Below, in pieces: positions 38,231 to 48,220 of a stretch of 64,000 nucleotides of DNA; position 1 is the first letter of the stretch, and every line of letters begins with the position of its first letter. The DNA comes from an uncultured Cloacibacillus sp. (GTDB lineage: Bacteria; Synergistota; Synergistia; Synergistales; Synergistaceae): contig CALGZM010000066.1 in assembly GCA_937934445.1 (NCBI GenBank), positions 152,335 through 216,334 on the forward strand, written 5' to 3'. A program made the position numbers and the translations under genes. Below the pieces are notes generated by a model. It was given only the letters and a program-made list of their open reading frames with translations, was not told the origin of the DNA and ran no database searches.

Positions 38231-38725
38231 CTACGCCAAGCCGAGCTCTTTCTTCACATGCGGTATGAGCCCGCCGTCGTTGATCAGCCCCTGTACGAAC
38301 TCGGGATAGGGCGGGAATGGGTATTCCTTGCCGTTCGCGATGATGACGCCGCGCTTGAAGTCGACTTCGACTTCATCGCCGGCCTGTATCGCGTCCACTG
38401 CGTCGGGGCAGATGATGATGGGAAGCCCTTCGTTGAAGCAGTTACGATAGTATATACGCGCGAAACTCTTTGCTATTATTGCGGCGATTCCGCGCTCCTT
38501 AAGGCAGCTGACCGCCTGCTCGCGGCTTGAACCGCAGCCCCAGTTCTTTCCGCCGACGATGATATCTCCGGCCTTCGCGTTCTTAGTGAATTCAGGATCG
38601 AGATCCTCGCAGGCGACCTTCGCCATCTCGGAACGTTCCTTGATGGTGTATGTATATTTTCCAGGGAATATTACGTCTGTGTTGACGTCGTCTCCGTATT
38701 TCCAGACTTTGCCTTTTACCGACAT
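38231..38725 (-). CDS. Aconitase-family hydro-lyase small subunit (LeuD-like, archaeal type), pair A.
   Basis: 164 aa, LeuD/HACN small-subunit homology (...GDNIDTD-like VNTDVIFPGKY). Confidence 0.78.
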   Translation of the reverse strand: MSVKGKVWKYGDDVNTDVIFPGKYTYTIKERSEMAKVACEDLDPEFTKNAKAGDIIVGGKNWGCGSSREQAVSCLKERGIAAIIAKSFARIYYRNCFNEGLPIIICPDAVDAIQAGDEVEVDFKRGVIIANGKEYPFPPYPEFVQGLINDGGLIPHVKKELGLA

Positions 38726-38726
38726 A

Positions 38727-39983
38727 TTAAAGCGCCTCCCTCGGGTCAGCTATTTCGCCCTTTATCGCCGAAGCCGCGACGGTCATCGGGCTGGCGAGGT
38801 AGATGAAGCTTTCCTTGTCTCCCATACGTCCTTTGAAGTTTCTGTTCGCAGTGCTTATCGCCGTTTCACCAGGGGCGAGTATTCCTTCGTGGTTGCCCAT
38901 GCAGGGGCCGCAGCCTGGGTTACATATTACGCATCCCGCGTCGAGGAAGATGTCGAAAAGTCCTTCCTTCATTGCCTGACGGTAGACTATCCACGAAGCC
39001 GGTATGACGACCGTGCGGACGGCGACTTTCTTCCCCTTGAGGATTCCAGCGGCGAGGCGCAGGTCTTCGATACGTCCATTCGTGCAGGAACCGAGGAACG
39101 CTTCATGTATCTTAGTACCCTTGACCTCTTCGATAGGAGCATAGTTGTCGACTTTGTGCGGCTTCGCAACGCCCGGCTCGATGTCGCCGAGATCATAATG
39201 GAATTCTTTTGCATAGACAGCGTCTTCGTCTGCCCAGATACACTCCCAGCGGTCGCACTTTTCTTTGCCTTTTATCGCGTCGAGCACCTTCTGGTCCGGT
39301 TTGCAGACAGCGTTCTTCGCGCCGAACTCGATGCCCATGTTGCATAGAGTCATGCGCTCGGCTATGCTCATGTTATCGATGCCTTCGCCGTGGAACTCAA
39401 CGCTCATGTAATCGGCTCCGTCGGCGCGCACGTCTCCGATGAATTTAAGGATGAAGTCCTTCGCAGAGACGCCTGGCTTGAATTTGCCGGTGACGACGAC
39501 CTTCATGCTTTCCGGCACCTTGAACCAGATTTTGCCGGTCGCCCAGACCGCAGCCATCTCGCTGCGTCCGATCCCGGTCGAGAAGGCTCCGTAAGCCCCA
39601 TAGGTGCATGTATGGCTGTCGCTGCCGACCATCACAAGACCGGGGAGTGCGTAGCCCTCTTCGCACATCTTCTGGTGGCAGACGCCGCCTTCGCTCTTCA
39701 CGTCGTAGAAGTTCGGAATGCCCTGCTCCGCTACGAACATGCGCACTTCTTTGTGGTTGACCGCGTGGTCGCTCGAAGGAGCGGGGACTGCGTGGTCGAG
39801 TATGAAGCATATACGCTCTGGATACTTAACATGCTCGACGCCGATTTTCTTAAAGGTTCTTGCAATCGGAGCGCCGTTGTCGTGGCTCATGCACCAGTCC
39901 GGTTCAACAGTAACGACCTGGTTCGCAGTCACTTCATATCCCGCGGCTCTGCCGAGGACCTTTTCAGCGAATGTCTTCCCCAT
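38727..39983 (-). CDS. Aconitase-family hydro-lyase large subunit (LeuC-like, archaeal type), pair A.
   Basis: 418 aa with three Fe-S ligand Cys (GSDSHTCT..., ...NPGCGPCMG). Confidence 0.8.
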   Translation of the reverse strand: MGKTFAEKVLGRAAGYEVTANQVVTVEPDWCMSHDNGAPIARTFKKIGVEHVKYPERICFILDHAVPAPSSDHAVNHKEVRMFVAEQGIPNFYDVKSEGGVCHQKMCEEGYALPGLVMVGSDSHTCTYGAYGAFSTGIGRSEMAAVWATGKIWFKVPESMKVVVTGKFKPGVSAKDFILKFIGDVRADGADYMSVEFHGEGIDNMSIAERMTLCNMGIEFGAKNAVCKPDQKVLDAIKGKEKCDRWECIWADEDAVYAKEFHYDLGDIEPGVAKPHKVDNYAPIEEVKGTKIHEAFLGSCTNGRIEDLRLAAGILKGKKVAVRTVVIPASWIVYRQAMKEGLFDIFLDAGCVICNPGCGPCMGNHEGILAPGETAISTANRNFKGRMGDKESFIYLASPMTVAASAIKGEIADPREAL

Positions 39984-40007
39984 TTTTGGTATCCTCCTTC
40001 AGCGCGG

Positions 40008-40535
40008 CTATTTCTCCGCCGCTACCTTGGCCTTCATGTAGTTCATGAGGCCGCCCGCTTTCATTATGTCGTTTTCGAGGTCGCTCACGGCGTCTCCGTG
40101 GAAGGTCTCGCCGTTCGTTGCGTCCTTTATCGTTCCGGTCGAGAGTTCGACTTCAAGCTGGTCTCCGTCCTTGATTTTCCCGGCCTTTATCGCGTCTGAG
40201 AGTCCCTTGACGAAGAGCACGGGGTAGCCGTTGTTTATCGCGTTTCTGTAATAGATGCGGCTGCACGTCTCGGCGAGGACGCAGGGGACGCCCGCGTACT
40301 CGATACAGTAGACGGCGTGCTCGCGGCTGGAGCCGCAGCCGAAGTTCTTGCCGGCGACGACGAAGTCGCCGGGCTTCACTTCCTTCGCGAAGTTTTCCTT
40401 GCCGGGATAGTACTCGAAAGCGTACTGCGGCATATTCTTCGGGTCAGTTTCTGCAAGATATTTATTGTGATAGATGAGGTCGGTATCAACGTCGTCGCTG
40501 AACACCCACGCTCTGCCTTTGAGAATTTCGCCCAT
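40008..40535 (-). CDS. Aconitase-family hydro-lyase small subunit (LeuD-like), pair B.
   Basis: 175 aa paralog of 38231-38725. Confidence 0.78.
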   Translation of the reverse strand: MGEILKGRAWVFSDDVDTDLIYHNKYLAETDPKNMPQYAFEYYPGKENFAKEVKPGDFVVAGKNFGCGSSREHAVYCIEYAGVPCVLAETCSRIYYRNAINNGYPVLFVKGLSDAIKAGKIKDGDQLEVELSTGTIKDATNGETFHGDAVSDLENDIMKAGGLMNYMKAKVAAEK

Positions 40536-40550
40536 AGCGCTCTTCCTCCT

Positions 40551-41831
40551 CTACTTGAGTATCTCTCTCGGGTCGGTGATGCAGCCTTTGACCGCCGTCG
40601 CCATCGCCGTCATCGGGCTCATAAGGTACGTGTGGCTTCCCTTGCCGACTTTGCCGATGAAGTTGCGGTTCGTCGTCGAGCAGCCGACGTCGCCCGACGG
40701 CATTGCACCGTAGTGCTCCGCGGTGCAGAGCGAACAGGTCGGGTTTGTGAAGACTATTCCGGCCTTCAGGAAATCTGCCGCCATGCCCTCTTCGACGCAG
40801 CGCAGCTGGACTTCGGTCGTCGACGGGGTGATTATCGTGCGCACCGTCGGGCTGACCTTGCCGCCGCCCGCCATCAGGACGTCGTGCGCCGCCTTTATGT
40901 CCTCGTAGCGTCCGTTCGAGCATGAGCCTATATGCACCTGGTCGACGTGCGTACCGGCTATTTCGCGCACCGGCTTCACGTTGTCCGGCGCGTCGGGGCA
41001 GGAGGCCATCGGCTCAAGCTCGTTCACGTCGTAATGCAGCACGCGGCAGTATTCGGCGTCCGGATCGGCCTTGAGCTCTTCGGCGAGCTTCGCAACTTCC
41101 GGTCCGGCACGTTCGACGAGCCACTTGAGCACTTCGCCGTTCGGCATGATGAGAGGAACCTTGCCGCTCATTTCGGTGACCATCGAGCAGAGCGTGATAC
41201 GTTCGGCGAGCGTCGCGTTCTCTATCGTGTCGCCGGTAAATTCGACTGCGAGGAAGTCCATGCCGCCGGCGCCCAAGTCGCCGACGATCTTAGTCAGAAG
41301 GTCTCTCATGCAGACGCCCTTCGCGAACTTGCCGGTCACTTCGATTTTCATCGTTTCGGGGACGCGGAACCAGTTGACGCCAGCGATGTACGAGGCTGCG
41401 ATGTCGGAGTTGCCGACGCCGGTCGCAAACGCCCCGACCGCGCCGAGCAGGTTCATATGGCTGTCGGTGCCGAGTACGACGTCGCCGGGCTTGATCATTC
41501 CGGCTTCGAGCATGACGTGCTGACCTATTCCGTGGTTTATGTCGAAGAGGCGCGTGACGCCCTGGCGCTTGCAGAACTCGCGGATTATCTTCTGGTTCGT
41601 GGCTACCTTCTCGGAGTGCGCCGGAGCCTGAAGGTCGAAGGTGAAGGCGAGCTTGTCGGGATCCCAGACCTTCGCTTCCTTGCCCATCTCTTTTTCAAAC
41701 TGGAGCACGACGTTCGCGCCGCCGAAGTCGCGGCAAGTCGCCCAGTCGATTTTGCACCAGACGCGGTCTCCGACCTTCACGGGATGGCCCGATGCGCGCT
41801 CCATGATTTTCATTATCGATGTCTTGCCCAT
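40551..41831 (-). CDS. Aconitase-family hydro-lyase large subunit (LeuC-like), pair B.
   Basis: 426 aa with Fe-S ligand Cys (GTDSHMN..., NPTCSLCTA). Confidence 0.8.
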   Translation of the reverse strand: MGKTSIMKIMERASGHPVKVGDRVWCKIDWATCRDFGGANVVLQFEKEMGKEAKVWDPDKLAFTFDLQAPAHSEKVATNQKIIREFCKRQGVTRLFDINHGIGQHVMLEAGMIKPGDVVLGTDSHMNLLGAVGAFATGVGNSDIAASYIAGVNWFRVPETMKIEVTGKFAKGVCMRDLLTKIVGDLGAGGMDFLAVEFTGDTIENATLAERITLCSMVTEMSGKVPLIMPNGEVLKWLVERAGPEVAKLAEELKADPDAEYCRVLHYDVNELEPMASCPDAPDNVKPVREIAGTHVDQVHIGSCSNGRYEDIKAAHDVLMAGGGKVSPTVRTIITPSTTEVQLRCVEEGMAADFLKAGIVFTNPTCSLCTAEHYGAMPSGDVGCSTTNRNFIGKVGKGSHTYLMSPMTAMATAVKGCITDPREILK

Positions 41832-41868
41832 TGAAAAAATCCCCTTTCGCAGGCTCGTCCGAAATTTT

Positions 41869-42429
41869 CTATTTCATACCGAGGAACGACTTTATCGACT
41901 CGAAGTTGATGAAGTCCGCCTTGTTTACGACGACGGCCTCGGGGCTGCGCAGCGTGCCGTCGCCCTCATGCGCGTGGTTCGCAATGATGTGCCCCACCTC
42001 GTCTGGCAGGCCGTTGCGCAGCGCGATGACCGTACCGGAGAACGGATGGCGCAGATTCTTTCCGCAGCGCGACTTCACAGTCTCGCCGGCGCCGTTCTTC
42101 TCGTACTCGACCAGCTTGCCGACGTCGTGCAGAAGAGCTCCCGCGACGAGCAGGTCGTTGTCCATTTTGAATTTCTCGTCCTTCGCCGCATAAATGGCGT
42201 TGAACTCGTCCATAGCGAGCTTAGCTATGCGCGTCACGCCGCGCACATGATCGAGGTAGCTGAACGGGCAGTTCGGAATAAGAAGAGTAAACGGAATCTT
42301 CCCCATATCCTCCGGCTCCCAGCCGCCGGCTTTCAGCGCGTCCTTGATAGCCGCGACGACCTTGTCGCGCATCTCTTCGTCATGAATCCATTCGATTTCC
42401 GGGAACAGCTCCCTGATTTTCTCTTTCAT
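41869..42429 (-). CDS. HD-domain metal-dependent phosphohydrolase.
   Basis: H...HD motif (LLHDVGK) and a later HAHEGDG motif. Confidence 0.62.
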   Translation of the reverse strand: MKEKIRELFPEIEWIHDEEMRDKVVAAIKDALKAGGWEPEDMGKIPFTLLIPNCPFSYLDHVRGVTRIAKLAMDEFNAIYAAKDEKFKMDNDLLVAGALLHDVGKLVEYEKNGAGETVKSRCGKNLRHPFSGTVIALRNGLPDEVGHIIANHAHEGDGTLRSPEAVVVNKADFINFESIKSFLGMK

Positions 42430-42468
42430 CGTTTCATCCTCCCGCGCAGTCTCTTTTATTTTTTTATT

Positions 42469-43179
42469 TCATTCGCCCGCCGCGATGCCCCTGTGCAGCG
42501 TGCGGTAAATCCTGTCTATGTGGCGCGACGCAGCCTCCCGAGCCTTCTCCGCGTCGTGGTCGAGTATCGCGTCGTACATCTCGCGGTGCTCGTTGAGAAA
42601 CGCGCCCTTGTCGTCGAGCAGGTTGTAAATCCTGTCGTGCGTTGCGAGAATGAGGTCGAAATTCATGCGTGTGATGTTGACGAATACGAAGTTGTGCGTC
42701 GCCTCAGCGAGCACGAGATGGAAGTCGAAGTCTGCCTGCGCGCGGTCGCGCGGCAGCGCCAAGTGCTCCTCCGTCGCCGTGATTACGCGCAGCAGCCGCA
42801 TGAGGTCCGACGGGGTCGCGCGCATCGCGCTCTCGCCCGCGATCGCCGGGTCGAGGATGCGCCGCGCCTCCATAAGTTCGAGGATGGCCGAGTCTTCGAG
42901 CTGGATGCCGCGCTTCCGGTCCTCGGATATCTCGCGCGGCTGGCGCACGAAACGCCCCTTGCCGGCTATCGACTCTATGAGGCCGAGCAGCTCCATAACG
43001 CGGAACGCCTCGCGCAGCGAGCTGCGGCTCACGCCGAAGGTCTCCATAAGCTGACGCTCGGAGGGCAGCGGGTCGCCAGGCAGCAGGCGTCCGTCTGCGA
43101 TTTCCTCTTTCAGCTTTTCCACTACTTTTTCATATATTCTCGCAGTCTTTGAAACCGGCGATTCTATCATTGTGAACAA
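42469..43179 (-). CDS. GntR/FadR-family transcriptional regulator heading the tricarboxylate cluster.
   Basis: wHTH (SERQLMETFGVSRSSLREAFRVMELLGLI) plus FCD domain. Divergent from the radical-SAM gene. Confidence 0.75.
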   Translation of the reverse strand: MFTMIESPVSKTARIYEKVVEKLKEEIADGRLLPGDPLPSERQLMETFGVSRSSLREAFRVMELLGLIESIAGKGRFVRQPREISEDRKRGIQLEDSAILELMEARRILDPAIAGESAMRATPSDLMRLLRVITATEEHLALPRDRAQADFDFHLVLAEATHNFVFVNITRMNFDLILATHDRIYNLLDDKGAFLNEHREMYDAILDHDAEKAREAASRHIDRIYRTLHRGIAAGE

Positions 43180-43580
43180 ACCTCCTAACTGGGTTGCCCA
43201 GTCTACTATATACTACTTTACAAGCGGCTTGACAAGCGATTATTAAAACTCTAAATTATCCAAAAATTCAACGATGTTTCACGTGAATAATGAATCTTAG
43301 GATTTGTGAATATGCTGTATATTTGCGCTATTACCGGTTTTATCATGCTTGGATAAAAAATTTTGCGCCATGCCGCACACCGCTGTGAAGCGCGAGGATT
43401 ATGTGCCGCGCTAATGTATATTTTTTCACATATTGTCAGACCAGTCTTAATTTCTGCATGTGTTTCGCGATTTTGCGCGCGGGCGCTGGATTTAGCGGCG
43501 CGCGCGGTGTAGTATGGAGCGGCAGCGCGCGCAGTGCCGCGGGCGATGTTTGATTACAGAAGAGGGAACGGGAGATATCT

Positions 43581-44918
43581 ATGAAATTTTATGTCAGAAC
43601 CGATAAATCAGCGGACGCGCCCTCAGCCTTCGTTACGCAGGAAGATATACTCGCTCTGCGCGGCGCGCGCGTCCTCGGCATCAATCCTCCGGTTCGCGAC
43701 TTCGCCTTCATGGATTTGTGGTCGAAGCCGCTCGGCTTGCTCTACTTACTCCAGAGCCTGCGAGCGGAAAACTCTGTCGCACTTCTCGACTGCGTATGGG
43801 AGGCGCGCTCGGGGCTGAAAACCTACGGGCGGCAGAACACCGCGAAGCTCGAGATAGAAAAGCCAGCCCAATACGCCGCCGTGCGCCGCAGGTACTTCCA
43901 CTTCGGCCCCGCACGCGTGGAAATCGCCGCGAAGCTCGCGCTAATGGAAGCGCCCGACGTTATACTCGTAACCTCCGTGATGACCTATTGGTATTTGGGT
44001 GTGAAGTGGATTATAGAGCTGCTGCGCGAAATATTCCCGCAGAGCGCGATAGTGCTCGGCGGCGTTTACGCTTCGCTCTGTCCTGGGCACGCCTCGCGCC
44101 TCGGCGCTGATTACGTCGTGCGCGGACGCGCAGAGCCAGCCGCGCCGTACCCGGCGATGGATTTATACGGTGCGATCAATTACGGCGTCTCTATGACTTC
44201 TTTCGGCTGCCCCTTCTCGTGCGGCTACTGCGCATCGGGAATTTTATGGCCGCGCTACCGTCGCCGCCCTCTCGCCGAAGCGCTTGCTGAGATAGATTAT
44301 CAGGCGGCGCTCGGCGCGCGCGACGTCGCCTTTTACGACGACGCGCTGCTGCTCGGAAAAAATGAATTTTTCTATCCGCTCTGCCGCGAACTGACGGCGC
44401 GGTACGGCTGCGCGCTGCGCCTACACACTCCGAACGGGCTCCACGTGCGCCAGATCGACGAACGATGCGCGCTGACGCTCGCCGAAAGCAATTTCAGGAC
44501 GATACGCCTCTCGCTCGAAAGCGTCGACCCAAAAATCGCGCACGAAAGCTCCGGCAAGGTCGCGCGCGAGGAATACGCATCCGCCGTAAAGAACCTCCGC
44601 GCCGCCGGCTACGCGCCAGAGGACTGTGAAACCTACGTCCTCGCGGGACTTCCTGGACAAGACATAAAATCGGTGAAGGAAACGATAAACTTCGTATGGG
44701 ACAATGGCGGAGTGCCGAAACTTGCTGAGTTCTCCCCGATACCGGGAACGCCGCTCTTCGATGCCGCGGCGCTAAAGCTCCCCGCGCTGCGCACGGAGCC
44801 GCTGCTTCAAAACAACTCAGTCTACTGCTCCTATTTTTCGAAAGACATAACGCCGGAAGAGCTTCAGGAACTCAAGGACATGACGAAGCGCCGGACGCAG
44901 CCGCACGCGGCGGATTGA
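43581..44918 (+). CDS. B12-binding-domain radical SAM enzyme (class B).
   Basis: N-terminal cobalamin-binding-like Rossmann region. CPFSCGYC (CxxxCxxC) 4Fe-4S motif at about residue 205. Confidence 0.72.
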   Translation: MKFYVRTDKSADAPSAFVTQEDILALRGARVLGINPPVRDFAFMDLWSKPLGLLYLLQSLRAENSVALLDCVWEARSGLKTYGRQNTAKLEIEKPAQYAAVRRRYFHFGPARVEIAAKLALMEAPDVILVTSVMTYWYLGVKWIIELLREIFPQSAIVLGGVYASLCPGHASRLGADYVVRGRAEPAAPYPAMDLYGAINYGVSMTSFGCPFSCGYCASGILWPRYRRRPLAEALAEIDYQAALGARDVAFYDDALLLGKNEFFYPLCRELTARYGCALRLHTPNGLHVRQIDERCALTLAESNFRTIRLSLESVDPKIAHESSGKVAREEYASAVKNLRAAGYAPEDCETYVLAGLPGQDIKSVKETINFVWDNGGVPKLAEFSPIPGTPLFDAAALKLPALRTEPLLQNNSVYCSYFSKDITPEELQELKDMTKRRTQPHAAD

Positions 44919-45004
44919 CTTTTCGAGCGATACGCCGCGCGCTAATGACAACGAATTGACGTCCAAGCAATATATAAACTGCCTTGCGGAGCCGCAATAA
45001 AAAA

Positions 45005-45890
45005 CGCGCCCTTCCGTTATAGGAAAGGCGCGCCGTGCGTTTAGCGCTGTTTGTGTGCGCGTGTTACTGTTTTGCCTTGCCCTGGTTGGCGACAGCCGCC
45101 TGCGCCGCCGCTATAGCCTCGGCGTCCCCAAGGTAGTAATGCTTTATAGGCTTCAGCCCATCGTCCAGCTCATAGACGAGCGGCACGCCGGTCGGTATAT
45201 TCAGCTCCACGATATCCTGCTCCGACACGCCGTCGAGATACTTGACAAGCGCGCGCAGGCTGTTGCCGTGCGCGGCGATGATGATGCGCTTACCCGCGCG
45301 GATATCCGGCGCTATGGCCTCCTCCCAGTAAGGGACGACGCGCGCGACCGTATCTGCAAGGCACTCGCCTAGCGACAGCTCGTCAGGCGCAATGCCCGCG
45401 TAACGCGCCTCATGCCCAGGCCAGCGCTCGTCCCCCCGTTCAAGCAGAGGAGGACGCGTCGCGTAACTGCGCCGCCAGATCTTCACCTGTGCGTCGCCGT
45501 ACTTAGCAGCAGTCTCCGCCTTATTAAGCCCCTGCAAAGCGCCGTAATGGCGTTCGTTTAACTTCCACGACTTCTCGACAGGGATCCACATCAAATCAGT
45601 CTCTTCCAGCACGCACCATAGAGTTTTGATAGCGCGCCGCAGCACAGAAGTAAACGCCTTATCGAAAACATACCCCTCGTCCCTAAGCAGCCCGCCCGCG
45701 GCCTTAGCCTCTGCGAGCCCCTTGTCGGAAAGCGGCACATCCTGCCACCCCGTAAAACGGTTCTCCTTATTCCACGAACTCTCCCCGTGTCTGATCAGCA
45801 CAAGCTTATACATAGAGGCACCTCCGCGTCGAGTGAAATAAATCGTTTCCCACGCCGCTTCAAATTGTCCGACTGTGATGACTGCTTGTC
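45005..45890. repeat. 0.9-kb near-identical direct duplication (copy 2) containing gpmA.
   Basis: About 99% identical to 16805-17690. Confidence 0.9.
45064..45813 (-). CDS. gpmA: 2,3-bisphosphoglycerate-dependent phosphoglycerate mutase (copy 2, amino-acid sequence identical to copy 1).
   Basis: Identical 249-aa translation to copy 1; about 8 synonymous differences at the DNA level. Confidence 0.9.
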   Translation of the reverse strand: MYKLVLIRHGESSWNKENRFTGWQDVPLSDKGLAEAKAAGGLLRDEGYVFDKAFTSVLRRAIKTLWCVLEETDLMWIPVEKSWKLNERHYGALQGLNKAETAAKYGDAQVKIWRRSYATRPPLLERGDERWPGHEARYAGIAPDELSLGECLADTVARVVPYWEEAIAPDIRAGKRIIIAAHGNSLRALVKYLDGVSEQDIVELNIPTGVPLVYELDDGLKPIKHYYLGDAEAIAAAQAAVANQGKAKQ

Positions 45891-46157
45891 AAGGCGGCGC
45901 GGAGTTGGAACAACGGAGCGCGTCTGCAAAATATGCTCCCGACGGCGCCGCAGCTGGGCAGTTGGTTGGAGCGTTTTATGCTTTTTTATTAACCGAGTGT
46001 AACCGTAATGCTTTGCACACAGAGGCGCTCACTTTTTATTGCGAAAATATGTTGCGCCGAACAAATAAATTTTTTTATGTTTTATGCGTAATTACTTACA
46101 TATTTTTAGGTATAATTACGATAGTAGATTGTTGTGATATAGAGGAGGAACTCAATC

Positions 46158-47372
46158 GTGATCAAAAAATTTCTCGCTGGTCTAATTGTTTCGTGCTGCG
46201 CGGCTGCGCTGTGCGCGAGCGCGGCTCTTGCGGAGCCGGCGTTCCGTATCGGTATAGCGACGCCGACCGTGTCGCAGTCAGAGGACGCATATCGCGGAGC
46301 TGAGAGGATCATCGCGGAGTACGGCGACGCCTCTGACGGCGGAATGATAAAGCACGTCACTTTTCCCGACAACTTCATGCAGGAAATGGAGACGACGATA
46401 TCGCAGATAGTCGGCCTCGCCGACGACCCGAAGGTCAAGGTCGTCGTGGTCAACGACGCCGTCCCAGGTACGACGGAGGCTTTTCGCAGAATTAAGGAGA
46501 AGAGGAGCGACGTTATATGTCTCTCCGGCTCGCCGCATGAGGATCCGAACGTCATCTCTTCGATATCGGACTTTAGCGCCGTTGGCGACAGCATCTCGCG
46601 CGGATATCTCATCGTGCATACAGCGAAGGAGCTAGGCGCGAAGAATTTCGTAATGATCTCTTTCCCGCGCCATCAGAGCTACGAGCTTCAGGCGCGCAAG
46701 CGCGCGATAATGGAGGCGGCGTGCAAAGACCTCGGCTTGAAGTTCTCGTTTGAAACCGCTCCGGACCCCGTGAGCGACGTAGGCGTCGCCGGAGCGCAGC
46801 AGTTCATACTTGAAAAGGTTCCGGCATGGCTTGAGAAGTATGGAAAAGCGACCGCGTTTTACTGCACGAACGACGCGCAGACGGAACCTCTGCTGAGGCA
46901 GATAGCGAAGCACGGCGGCCTTTTTATAGAGCAGGACGACCCATCGCCGATACTTGGATATCCCGGCGCTTTCGGCATAGACCTCAAGAAAGAGTCTGGC
47001 AACTGGCCCGCAATAATGAAGAAGATTGAGAAGACCGTAATCGGCGCAGGCGGCGGCGGACGCATGGGAACGTGGAGCGCCTCTGTGCCGTGGAGCATGA
47101 GCTGCGCGATGGTGGAGTACGGCAAGAGAATCGTCGAGAACAAGGCAAAACTTGGCAACGTCAAGGATTTCGTCGGCTGCTTTGAGAAGTACACGCCCGG
47201 CGTAAAATGGCACGGCAAGAGATATCTCGACCTCGGCACCGGCGTCAGGAACAGAAAATATATAATGCTCTATCAGGACACGTATATTTTCGGCAAAGGT
47301 TTCATGCACACGACCGACATACAGATTCCGGACAAGTACGAGAGGATAACAAGCGCCCAAATCAGCAAGTAA
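46158..47372 (+). CDS. Secreted protein or lipoprotein of unknown function (periplasmic-binding-protein-like; DUF3798-like).
   Basis: Signal peptide with lipobox-like LIVSCC; 404 aa. Confidence 0.42.
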   Translation: MIKKFLAGLIVSCCAAALCASAALAEPAFRIGIATPTVSQSEDAYRGAERIIAEYGDASDGGMIKHVTFPDNFMQEMETTISQIVGLADDPKVKVVVVNDAVPGTTEAFRRIKEKRSDVICLSGSPHEDPNVISSISDFSAVGDSISRGYLIVHTAKELGAKNFVMISFPRHQSYELQARKRAIMEAACKDLGLKFSFETAPDPVSDVGVAGAQQFILEKVPAWLEKYGKATAFYCTNDAQTEPLLRQIAKHGGLFIEQDDPSPILGYPGAFGIDLKKESGNWPAIMKKIEKTVIGAGGGGRMGTWSASVPWSMSCAMVEYGKRIVENKAKLGNVKDFVGCFEKYTPGVKWHGKRYLDLGTGVRNRKYIMLYQDTYIFGKGFMHTTDIQIPDKYERITSAQISK

Positions 47373-47464
47373 CACTTTGTAAAATTTGATTTCGTTTTCA
47401 CAATGGTGCCGCGGTCCACACAGGACCGTGGTATCTTCTTTTACAGCGGACGGAGGATGATATT

Positions 47465-48220
47465 ATGAGACCGTTGGTAGGCGTGGCGTCGTCCGCGTTT
47501 TACGATTCTTTCACGGACACCTTGTTCGGCGACGCGGAGCGCGGCGTAGTCGAGACCTGTTGGCAGCGCCTTTGCCTCACGGGTAAGATGATGCGCCATA
47601 TCCGGCTGGCAGGCGGCGCAGCGGAGCTGCTGTCGGTTAAAAGCTGCGCCGAAGAGATAGAGACGGACGCGTCAAAATACGACGCATTCCTGTTCTGCGG
47701 CGGCGCGGACATAGACCCGGCGCTGTACGGCGAGGCGCCGGACGGCAGCCTTGATATAGATAAGTTGAGAGACGGGTTCGAGTACGCTCTTATGAAAAAG
47801 GCTTACGAAAAAGGCAAAACTATTTTCGGGATATGCCGCGGACAGCAGATGATGAACGTCGTCTTCGGCGGCACTGTCTGCCAGGACATCAACAGGCTGA
47901 ATCCTAAATGGAAGCTGCATCAGACTCCGTATCCGATGGACACGTATGCGCATACCGTGCTGATACTTGAGCCGCGGTTTCTTCCGCAGTCGGAGCTGGC
48001 CGAAGTGCAGGTTAATTCCGCGCATCATCAGGCGGTAGGCAGGCTGGCGGACGGCTTTGTCGTTACAGCCGCGACGGACGACGGGGTTGTCGAGGGCATA
48101 GCGATGCCGGGCTATGAAAAAGGGCTTATCGGCGTGCAGTGGCACCCCGAATCCCTAGCGGACAAAGACTCTTTCCATCACGGCTTCTTCGAAATGCTTG
48201 TAGAATACGCGCGCCGCTGA
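47465..48220 (+). CDS. Class-I glutamine-amidotransferase-like hydrolase (peptidase C26 / gamma-glutamyl-GABA hydrolase PuuD-like).
   Basis: GICRGQQ nucleophile elbow and VQWHPE motif. Confidence 0.72.
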   Translation: MRPLVGVASSAFYDSFTDTLFGDAERGVVETCWQRLCLTGKMMRHIRLAGGAAELLSVKSCAEEIETDASKYDAFLFCGGADIDPALYGEAPDGSLDIDKLRDGFEYALMKKAYEKGKTIFGICRGQQMMNVVFGGTVCQDINRLNPKWKLHQTPYPMDTYAHTVLILEPRFLPQSELAEVQVNSAHHQAVGRLADGFVVTAATDDGVVEGIAMPGYEKGLIGVQWHPESLADKDSFHHGFFEMLVEYARR

